Below are positions 48,980-58,730 of a stretch of 64,000 nt of DNA, piece after piece. The position numbers and the translations under genes were made by a program. Numbering within the stretch: position 1 is the first letter of the stretch; each line of letters begins with the position of its first letter. The DNA comes from Schizochytrium sp. TIO01 (taxonomy: Eukaryota > Protista > Bigyra: Labyrinthulomycetes): NCBI GenBank assembly GCA_004764695.1, contig SMSO01000025.1, positions 1,798,001-1,862,000 on the forward strand, given 5' to 3'. A model generated the notes under the pieces. It was not told the origin of the DNA and did not search any database. It saw nothing but the letters and a program-made list of their open reading frames with translations.

Positions 48980-50885
48980 ATGGCGGACAATGTGCAGCGC
49001 ATCCTGGAGGGTATGATCCCTGAGCTGGAGGACCTCCAGGAGCGCGGCATTTTTGAGGCTGACGAGATCAGGGAAATCGTCAAAACACGCAGAGATTTTG
49101 AGTACAAACTCCAGCGTAGGGCTCCCCGCAAAGAGGATTTCCTGCGTTATGCAGAGTATGAAATCTCGCTTGAGAAGCTCCGCAAGAAGCGCAAGAAGCG
49201 CAAGGCGATTCGTAAGGGTGGTGTCGGTGATAAGGGCGGTCACCGTCGAATCAGCTTTCGTTTTTGAACGTGCGGTGCGTCGTTTCAAAGGAGATATTGC
49301 AATTTGGCACCGTGCCATCGACTATGCTCTCAAGGAGAAGGAATATGGTGTAGCTTCGAAGCGCTTTGGAGAGGTGCTTAAGCTGCATCCTCGTGAGATT
49401 GACTTCTGGATCAAGGCTGCTCGTTTCCATTTTGAAGCAAATGGAGATGCTGCCACTGCTCGATCGCTTCTGCAGACTGCTTTGCGTCTTAATGGAGACC
49501 AGGCAAAACTTTGGGCAGAGTACTTGCGTCTTGAGGCCCTTCACGCGTACCAGATTCGTCGTCGCCGTCTTGTGCTTGGCATTGACGAAGAAGGCGAAGA
49601 TGTCGCTGCAGAGGACAAGGATAAGGCTGAAAACGAGGAAGAGGATGATGAAGTAAGAGAGATGCGAGCTCGTGAGAATGCTCGCAAAGAGCTGCTCTTC
49701 AAAGGTCAGGTGCTTGAGATCGTATACAAACAGGCAGTAAAAAAGCTCCCTTCCTCTGCCGAGTTGCGTGCTGAGCTGGCTAGCGCCCTAGAGCCTTTCA
49801 CGGAGGATGATTCCATTATGAAGGACATAGCCATTACATTAACGCGCAAAATTTGGCTTGAGGCTACGGAAGGCCCTTTGGCCCTGAGCGACAACGATAA
49901 ACTTGCCAAGTGCTGGCTCGGACGCGCCAACTTTGAGATGGATCAAACTGACGAAGAGTCCGGAGATCTCTGGGCACCAGCGCAGCTTCTTGCAGAAGCT
50001 CTTGAAGCAAACCAGTGTCCCGAAATGGCTGAGGCATACGTGGAGTTTCTCTCACAGCACCAGGACGATCTCGATGCTAGTGGACCGCCAGCGAAACGTC
50101 GTGGAGCTCGGCAAGCAGGAGAGTCTGCTTCATGCAAGGCCGCATTCTCTGTTCTTGATATGGACGGCCTGCAAATCTCTGAAGACACCTTAGTGACCAT
50201 CGCTGACATGGATTCCGAAAACGAAGATTTGCTTGAGGCATGTATGGCTCGAGCACCATCAAGCCTCAGCTTGCTGTACCGCCGCCTGCAAGCACCAAAC
50301 ACAGACCTCAGCACTAAGTGGGGGCTGGTCCAACGCGCATGTGAAATCTTTGTGGAAAAGAAGCTCAAGATGGGTGATGTGAAACTACGTGACGAAATGC
50401 AGGACATGTACCTGCTATACTTGAACGAGTGCGTCGCAACTGAATCAAAGACAACCACGGAGGTGATTCGGGAGTTTGAGCGTGCAATCCGCTGGTTCTA
50501 CGAACACGGCCGTATTGAGGACGGCGACGCATATATGCGCGTGTCTCGTATTATTAGCGGCTTGCTTGACTGGGTTTCATCAAGTGGACGTGTGGATCTT
50601 GTAACACAGATCTTCACACGCCTTCGCAAGTCTGCTGTTCCTCCTGTAATTCCCGTGCCAGTGTACCAAAGAATTCTTATGATTTACAAGGAATTGGGGG
50701 CTAAGCCAGAGGATCTTCGTCACGTGTATACCGAGGCTACCTTACAGCACACAGATAACGCCGACCTCTGGGTTCAATTTGTCAAGTTTGAGAGGGAATT
50801 CGGCAATTTGAAGTCGGAGCGTGCCGCCGTTGTACGTGCCTCCCAGCACATTCCAGACCTTGCGTCATTGTTAGACAGTGCCTAA
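48980..50885 (+). CDS. UTP6: U3 snoRNP-associated protein UTP6 (HAT repeats) with an apparent 1-nt insertion near 49257; about 634 aa if repaired
   Basis: The N-terminus MADNVQRILEGMIPELEDLQERGIF..EIREIVKTRRDFEYKL..DFLRYAEYE continues as RISFVFERAVRRFKGD..W, LHPRE..WIKAA, ARSLLQTALR, LWAEYLRLE after a one-base correction. Confidence 0.92.
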
Positions 50886-53800
50886 ATTTGAGCCATTTCT
50901 AGATCGTTTTTTGAGCCTTTTCCATCTTGATTGCGTGCTGCAAAACTTGTATCATTTTGCATGCTAGCTGCTGCCGCGGCAGCAGAAACACCGTCTTGAA
51001 TGTCGTCTGCTTTAGCTGAAACGGCAAAACTTGTTCCACTTAGAGGCGATGAGTCAGATGTTTGATCCACCATTTCAATGTTTACTGCCTGGCTACCGCG
51101 AAAGTCTCCGCCATAGGCCCAGCCTTCAGAAAGGCGATCGGCAGTCCGGCGCTGAGGTTTGCTAGCAGGTGGAGGCGCAAGTGCAGAGGGAGGTGTGCTA
51201 ATATCGATGCTGTAGGATGCAGGGTTTTCATCATGCTTCCAGTTATCGTGCTCGGGTGCAGGTGCCGGAGCTTCCAGTTCAGCTAGAATTTGATTATGGC
51301 CGTTTTCTTCTTCTTCTAAGGTGCTAGAGGCAGCCTCTTTACTGGAGCCATCCTCATCCTCATCCAGAGGTTGGGGAGGTGATGAGCAGCAAAAGCACCA
51401 TCCCGGAAGGAAGCGCCTTGCGAGGCTTGCGGTGAGGTAAACACGAACAAAAATAGTCAGCACAAATGCTCCGAATGTGAGCGGAAGGACAAGGTAATAG
51501 TAGTCCATAAAGTAAATAAAGACGAGCGAGGTAACCATTTGCCAGATTTGCATAGGGAATCCAAAACGGAGAAAGTCCATGAACACATAGTTACCCACGT
51601 TGAGAACCATCATGTTGGTTTGGTAGCCGTAGGATGTCGAAAATGAAGAAGACGCAGCAAGCATAAGTGTGTAAATCATTTGCTTGACGCATGTTGAATC
51701 ACCGTCATCACCATCAGCGCAACTGTTCTGCGCAGCTGTGATGGCAATATCAAACATAAGAACAGCAGCACTATTGTTTGAGAGAACCATTGAAAGCAAA
51801 AACGTAGCGAGGTAGACAGCAGTAAGAACACCAGGGTAACCAGTGTGCATGAGGTTTGCAAGGTCCACAAGACCATTACCAATCACAGTGGCAACACCAG
51901 TGCCTGAAAGTGCGTTACTAAGACCAAAGGCCGAAGCGACAGTGACGATGACATCCCATGACACAGACGCACGGGCTGCCTCTGGGGTCAAAATTCCGGT
52001 CAAAAGCATGACAGCAGAGACAAAGATAGCCAAGGTGACAAGACTGAGATAGTCACTGAAGACCACGTAAAGAACCAACATGATGATGGTTGCGGTGATT
52101 GCGATATAGAATTTGTCAAAGTGAGGGGGCGCAGAATCGTTGATTTCAGTCACAAGCAAAAAGTTGGGGTTATCACGGTAGCGCTGGACAAAAGTCGGAC
52201 CTGTATCAAGAATGAGCACATCACCTGCACGGAGTTCAATATCTCCAATCTTTGACAGAACACGTCGACCTTGACGGTGAACAGCAATAATTGCAGCTTC
52301 ATACAAAGTGCGAAATTTAGCCTCGCGAACGGTCTTACCAATGAGATGCGAACGCATGCTGACGACACACTCTACAAGGCGGCGCTGCACAGGCTGAACT
52401 TTGAGCTTTTCAGCTTGGGTATCAGGTGAGCTGAGACCAGGAATACGTCGCAATGTCGAAACAGCATCACGTTCACCTGCAAACCAGAGCATATCGTTAG
52501 CCTCGAGCACCAGTTCAGGGCCTGCCACATGCTCAAGGCCACCATTTTCATGCTCAACTGCAACAAGAAAGAGACCAGGGAGACCACGCAAACCTGCACT
52601 TTCAACAGTCTGGCCAACCAAGCTACGTGCACCGCGGAGCTGGGTGGTTTCGCTGACGCGCATGGGGATGAGAAACTCACGTTCCAAATCAATTTGGGAG
52701 GCATTGTTAAGCTGATCGATAGCTGTTCCAATGCGCGACCCATCGCGAGCTTGCTCCATGACAACTTCTTCAGAAATATAAGGCTTGATGTCCCGAGCGA
52801 TTTCTGGGCGATTCCAATCGAAATCGTTACCAGTCACGATGAGTAAGACATCACCAACCTCGAGCGGGATGCGGCCTAAGTTTCCGCGAATACTCACTTC
52901 ACTACCTGCACGGTACAGCGAGAGAATGGCAGCGTCATAGACTTTGCGGAACTTCATCTCCTTGGCAGTCTTACCTTCAAGGTGGCTACCGCTGCGAACA
53001 ATAACCTTGATAATGCGTTGTTCAAAGGTGTTACGGCGCTCCATGTGATGCTTAGCAGGAGAGTTCGCTTCCTTGACAGTTGCCACTGAAGCAGAGTTGG
53101 CTCCACCGTCCCAGCCAATTGGATCGTATCCTCCATGCTGGAAACGGGCGGTACTGGCTACAGAGTGCTCGCCATCGGAGTCATAGTCCTCGCCCTGCAT
53201 GTGGCGGTCTTCGTTGGCGTCAGTGAGGAGCTCAAAGCCGTTAGTAAAGCAGAATTCACCAAATTGGTCAACAAGACCAGTGAAGAAAAGCACATCGTTT
53301 TCGTTGATGACAAACTCAGGGCCCACAGCATTGTGCATTCGCTGACCGCGTTGCACACTAGTAAGGTAAAGGCCATTGAGGCCACGCAGGCCAGCTTCGT
53401 CTACAGCTTTACCAATGACTGGCGAGTATTGAGTAACAATGCACGCAACAGTGAAATCGCGACCAATACCAGCGGGAACAGAGGGGGCGCCACCATCTTC
53501 GCCGTCGCCATTGTCATTCTTTCCAGCGCTATCATCGAGACCAAGAGCGCGGCGGGAGCGGCGCTCAAGTTCTTCGAACCCGGGAAGGAGCATAGGGGCG
53601 AACATAATAATGTAAATGATGCCGGTCATAGCAGCTGGTACACCAACAATACCGACGTCAAATAGACCAATGCTTGAGTCCGGGAACTGGGTCTCAAATT
53701 TACCTGAAATGACAAGGTTTGTACTTGTACCAATGAGGGTGATTGTACCACCAAGAATTGAGGCGAATGAAAGTGGGATCATGAGCTGGGATACTGGTTG

Positions 53801-54202
53801 CCGGATTTTTCTTGCCCAACGCTGAATGAGTGGAATCATAATAGCACAAAGAGGGGTGTTGTTAAGGAAGGCTGATGCAATGGCAATAGGGATCATGAGT
53901 CGAGTTTGAGCCAAAGCGAGGCTCTTGGGGTTACCAAGGACCTTGCCAAAGATGTGATCGAGTGCACCTGTCGAGTTAATGCCAGCTGCAACGACGTAGA
54001 GGACTGCGACAGAAAGCACAGCGGAACTAGAGAATCCCTCTAAACCCTCCGATGTTGTGATGACCTGACCAGCCATGAGTAAACCAAGGGTTCCAACAAG
54101 GGTCAAGTCTGCTGGAGCCCAGTCACGAACTAGGACAATAAACATGAGGATTAGAACCCCGATGGTGTACCATCCTTCCCAGCCGAAACCAATGTCTGCC
54201 AT
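50882..54202 (-). CDS. SLC13/SLT (SAC1-like) Na+/sulfate cotransporter with 4 TrkA-C (RCK_C) domains, copy 1, 1106 aa
   Basis: [32 protein letters not shown], four TrkA-C-like repeats, [29 protein letters not shown]. Confidence 0.92.
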   Translation of the reverse strand: MADIGFGWEGWYTIGVLILMFIVLVRDWAPADLTLVGTLGLLMAGQVITTSEGLEGFSSSAVLSVAVLYVVAAGINSTGALDHIFGKVLGNPKSLALAQTRLMIPIAIASAFLNNTPLCAIMIPLIQRWARKIRQPVSQLMIPLSFASILGGTITLIGTSTNLVISGKFETQFPDSSIGLFDVGIVGVPAAMTGIIYIIMFAPMLLPGFEELERRSRRALGLDDSAGKNDNGDGEDGGAPSVPAGIGRDFTVACIVTQYSPVIGKAVDEAGLRGLNGLYLTSVQRGQRMHNAVGPEFVINENDVLFFTGLVDQFGEFCFTNGFELLTDANEDRHMQGEDYDSDGEHSVASTARFQHGGYDPIGWDGGANSASVATVKEANSPAKHHMERRNTFEQRIIKVIVRSGSHLEGKTAKEMKFRKVYDAAILSLYRAGSEVSIRGNLGRIPLEVGDVLLIVTGNDFDWNRPEIARDIKPYISEEVVMEQARDGSRIGTAIDQLNNASQIDLEREFLIPMRVSETTQLRGARSLVGQTVESAGLRGLPGLFLVAVEHENGGLEHVAGPELVLEANDMLWFAGERDAVSTLRRIPGLSSPDTQAEKLKVQPVQRRLVECVVSMRSHLIGKTVREAKFRTLYEAAIIAVHRQGRRVLSKIGDIELRAGDVLILDTGPTFVQRYRDNPNFLLVTEINDSAPPHFDKFYIAITATIIMLVLYVVFSDYLSLVTLAIFVSAVMLLTGILTPEAARASVSWDVIVTVASAFGLSNALSGTGVATVIGNGLVDLANLMHTGYPGVLTAVYLATFLLSMVLSNNSAAVLMFDIAITAAQNSCADGDDGDSTCVKQMIYTLMLAASSSFSTSYGYQTNMMVLNVGNYVFMDFLRFGFPMQIWQMVTSLVFIYFMDYYYLVLPLTFGAFVLTIFVRVYLTASLARRFLPGWCFCCSSPPQPLDEDEDGSSKEAASSTLEEEENGHNQILAELEAPAPAPEHDNWKHDENPASYSIDISTPPSALAPPPASKPQRRTADRLSEGWAYGGDFRGSQAVNIEMVDQTSDSSPLSGTSFAVSAKADDIQDGVSAAAAAASMQNDTSFAARNQDGKGSKNDLEMAQI

Positions 54203-54706
54203 TTTTACTGCAGTATTTGATTAGTCCGAAGCACCCGTGCAAGTCTGACACGTTCAGTTGCTAGAGAATTACTGTTGTGTATATTTTCTGACAAATATTT
54301 GTTTTCAGAATCCACGGAGATGAAATAAGGATCTTGAATTAAAGGTATTAAAGCACCGGGCCTTTCTGGGTGATTGATCCACGAATAAACTGGGCTGGAT
54401 TGAGCTTTTAGTCAGCTTTGGCTGTCGTAGGTTCGTTGTATAGAAAAGAGAATCCCAAGCCTCGCGCTTAGACCAGCTGTTCCGAACGCGTGGTCTGTCA
54501 AATTAAAAATAATACACCTTCAAGCCAATACCGAGCAGGGCGGGCTCGATGACGAAATGAATTCACTTTGCTGCGGCTAGTGAGCGCGTAGTCGTCTCGA
54601 CCGACGGTGCGGGTGGAAATCAATCTACCTGCACAGATAGATATCCAGTATTGTGCAGCAGGCGTGTGTGCCTTTGTCTGCAGCGTCGGCCGGCCTTCTT
54701 GGCGTC

Positions 54707-54707
<1 letters not shown>

Positions 54708-54742
<35 letters not shown>
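54708..54742. repeat. (GCT)n trinucleotide microsatellite
   Basis: Directly visible. Confidence 0.9.
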
Positions 54743-54744
<2 letters not shown>

Positions 54745-57105
54745 CGAGTTGCCGTCTCTCCGCAAAGGAGAACTGGTGTTGCTCTGTATCGGTCAATCGG
54801 TTGCTCTTCTGTTCCTGTATGTGACCTATAATCGCATTTTCTTTCTTTCCTTCGGCCTTCTGAAATCACCTCTCTCTTTGTCCTCTTTCTTCTTACGCAT
54901 CCCATTCATCGCCAATCTAACAAACCCACTAAGTCCTTAGGTATAACTTCTTAACTTCTCCTCACATCGTTCTAGTGATTTCCTTCGCAGCCGATAGAGC
55001 GATAACACTAGGACTTACATTCGAGGCTTCTTTCTTCTTCTCGTCGCTCACTTCCTTTTCCGCGGCTCTTCCTGTTATAGTAAACGAATGAGTACATCAA
55101 TGCAGAAAGAAATGGACGAATGAATCAAAGAGCGAATAGACGCGAGGATGGGTAAATGAATAGCTTTGCCAGAAATAGAGGAGATGACTCGCAGCATCTG
55201 CTCCCAACGAACTGCTTGCTTTATTCCTCGTGGTTCCTGGTCAATGAGTGGGTTAGTAGTTCACAGATGGCTCTCTCGTTCTACGCTTGCACGCACTGAC
55301 TACTTTCGGGATTCCCAAGCCAGTAGCACCATAATCTTGAAACAAACGAACAAGGAGTGGGTAGACCAACCTCGAACAGACGGCAACACACAACTTGGGC
55401 GCTAGATTTCTGAGAATGATACGCTCGCTGCGTTATTTATCTGTCTCAGGCGACACCATTAGAATGAATATTTATTGATTGCATTGCGAAACTCTTTCTT
55501 CCTTGTCGGCCTTTTTGATCATGGCCACGCAAAAGGAAAAGTGCTCTAAAACTATTGCAATCTCATTTTGCCGCACTTCTACCGTAGACTCTAGCTAGCC
55601 CTACCATGCGTGAACGAGTGAAAGGGAAAGAGAGAAAATAAAGAAGTCAGCTGCTAATAGTACAGTATTGTGGGTTTAGTATCCCACTTTTCCGTAGCTG
55701 ACTCAGTAGGGCATCGATAGTGATTACTTTAGGAGTGAGTTGGAATAATGAGCGATGCAGATGCCATACAGGTCTCGCACAAATCGTGGGAACGATGAGG
55801 AGTGACGTTGACCGCTACGATGACGGTGATTGAGTTGTTAGGATCTACGTGGAGATCAACCAAATGGTGCCAACTATCTCTATCTATCCATCTATCCATC
55901 CATCCATCTCTCCAACTAACTAGCTAACTAATTAATATTGTTGAGGCTGCAGCTGCGGCTCCCCCAAACCTTCAGTTTGCTTTGCTTTGCTTTGCTTTGT
56001 TTTTATTTTGCTTTGTTTCGCTTTGTTATGTTTTGTTATGTTATGTTTTGCGTTAATTTGATATTCAATTGCATTGCATAAATCACATTAGACTCGGTAG
56101 GTGGAAGAGTTCCGCCATCTTGATCTCAATTTTGATCTTGACCCCGAGTTGATCTTGATCTTGGTCTTGGTCTCGATTTTGATCTTGATCTTGGTCCTTT
56201 GTCCACGCCCCTCGTTCTGCGCTGCTTGCTGTCAGTCATTCTTCTGCTCGAAAGCCGCAGTAAATATAGTCGATGCCACTTCTCGCGATATTACATTGTC
56301 GCACACGCACAGACAGAGTGACACTGACGATCAATTACAATAGTCCTCCTCAGACTTCTTCCACTGAGCGCTTCGGGCCATCGTGCTTCAGAACGGGAGC
56401 CCCAGCGGCCAGCCAGCCACCTCGCAGAAGAAGACCAAGCTGGCCTCTCGACGCACGCCCTCCGTCGTTCGCAGCCCGAGGTTTCTGGTTTCTGGTTTGG
56501 CGGATGTGCTTCGAGGCTCTTCGGCTTTGCAAGTTTGCGGCACGTACCCGCAGAACAATCTGACGTCAGCTTGTGGTGCTCGCGTGTCGATCGATTTGAG
56601 CTTTTTGCATGAATGCGTGACTTGCTTCGTTCTCGTTTATTGACCCTCAGGCTCTTCGAGGATGCGCGTGGTTGGACTTTAGCGAGCAGATCGCTGGCCT
56701 GGCGCAAGAGTCGCACGCAGTACGTACGCCGCGGCGTTCTTCTCGATCCAAGCCAAGCCAAGCCAAGTTCTCTCTTCTCTCGCTCGCCAGGAAGCCGACC
56801 GCGCTGTGGCGGATCCTGTATCAAACCGTTTGCAGCACAATATATTTCTCCCGATACCCCGACGCCCATGTAGTTGCGGATGGCCTTTGTTTTCGGTTCA
56901 GCTCTCATCCCTTCAGCTCCCCATACTATCTCCGGTTTACCGCGCAGGTTTTGCCGAACTTATGTGCTCTCTTCCGCGGGGTTTTCCACATCAAGTTTGC
57001 TCGCGCCCGCTTTGTTCCTTTACTGGATCGAAAGAGACAAAGAGGAAAGAAAAGAAAGAAAAGAACTTGGAAAAAAAACACTTTCGATGATATTTATAAA
57101 ACTTG

Positions 57106-57207
57106 AATTTGAAAACTAAATTTGAAAACTAAATTTGAAAACTAAATTTGAAAACTAAATTTGAAAACTAAAATTTGAATTTGAATTTGAAAACTAGAAT
57201 TTGAAAA
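57106..57207. repeat. 13-bp AT-rich minisatellite AATTTGAAAACTA, about 5 perfect units plus degenerate copies
   Basis: Directly visible tandem units. Confidence 0.92.
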
Positions 57208-58730
57208 ATCAGGCAAATCAAAAACAACTTGGGTCCCCAATTCCTCGTGGTGTCCGCGACCTCCTCGTCCTCGCGCTGGAGGGCGGCCTAGATCGCCTTC
57301 AACTATGGCCACCCGGTCGCAGCCTTCCCGGCATCGAGAGGCCGAAGCTGATGGTGCAGACTATTTCAATCTGAGATGCCGCCTGCCTGCCTGCCTACCT
57401 GCCTGCCGAGATTTCAAATCAAATCTTGGGGCGATCGCAGTTCTGCAAATCAATAAATCCGCGCCGTGGGAACCGATCGCAGTTCCGCTTGGGACCGGCC
57501 GCTCTTGGATTGCGCGCCGTGGTCGATTCGGCATCGGCCTCTGTGGCAGCTCGTTGCCATGTTGCCGCCGGCTGGCCGGACTTGCTTGCTTGTTTGCGTT
57601 CAGAGGGTTCAACAACGAAGTCTGCGCGGCGCAGAGCGTTGAGGTGTTTTGGTGAAGTTTCATCGGGGAGGTGGACACAGAAACGAAGACAGAGATCTCC
57701 GTCCCGCTTCCATCTTCAGCATTTGCGCGATGAAGGGGGCCGCCAGAGGTCGGCGCCTTGGCGGCACAACGCACGGAGCAGACTGCGTTGACGGGACGCA
57801 CGACGCTTTCGCTGAGGTCGAGCAAAGGTTTAGACCGAGACCTTTGCAAGGCGAAGTAGAATTTCAAAGGTTCAACCTGGGAGTGAGGTCGGCGCGCAGG
57901 CGCACTCCCTGTCGTTCTCTAGCTAGAGCGCGTCGAGCAGCCTGAGGAGGATTCGATTTAAGCGGTGTGCAGTCCGAAGGACTGGAATAGGGATGTCTCT
58001 ACTTTGATCAGAGCCTTCGGCGCAGGTGTCGGATTTGGCTTCTTCGGTCTGCTTTCGGGCGTTCTGCTCCCTTCAATACTAAAGAGCATTGTATTAGCCA
58101 AGTTAAAGCAGTTCCTCTCATCATTTTTTGATTCCATTTCTTTCTTCAATCTGAAATTAGTATTGAAGCCTTTTTATTTAATTTAAAAAAAGAAAAAAGA
58201 AAAAAAAAGAGTATTCCAAAAAGTACTATCTCCCCTCAGCCTGATCATGTTATCGTCGTGACGGGATTCTTCAGTCGTGGAGAAACAGGTGAAAGCTCTA
58301 CCAAGTTAACATAATGGTATTCTGTCATGAAGAGAAGCACCAACTTGAGGAACATTATTCGATTCACTCGATAGGATCAGCAGCATCTCCTTTAATCGGT
58401 TCTTCACGTCAACCTGGCAACAGTGTATGCGCGCTTTGCAAATCAGAAGGTGATCCCATCAATCGTTTCATTTTGGTGCTAATTCATGCTCAAATGCAGG
58501 CAGGCCCTATGTCCGTCCTATCACATTTGTGCTCACTTGAACTCAGCAAGGTTCTACTATCTGGGGTGGAGGAGCTACTTCTAAGTCTCTCAAGTTGAAA
58601 CTTGCTGCCAATACATATTTTACATTTGTCAATCTGAATCAAAAGAGGTTATCTGATTATCTTAGTGGTTACACTGAACATGAATGTTGTGGCAGCAGAA
58701 GTAGGCACTTCAATTCGACATCTGTATAAA

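Noticed and set aside
33797-50885. Ribosome-biogenesis gene cluster (DDX27, UTP6, RGG-WD40)
   Set aside because: Only two certain members, separated by an unrelated gene; compatible with chance unless synteny shows otherwise.
57106-57207. CRISPR-like array
   Set aside because: The repeats are contiguous with no unique spacers, the context is eukaryotic and there are no cas genes.
56291-57945. GC-rich ORFs of 100-205 aa between the SLT paralogues
   Set aside because: No recognisable domain, R/S/A-rich composition, overlapping in several frames, mostly non-ATG starts.
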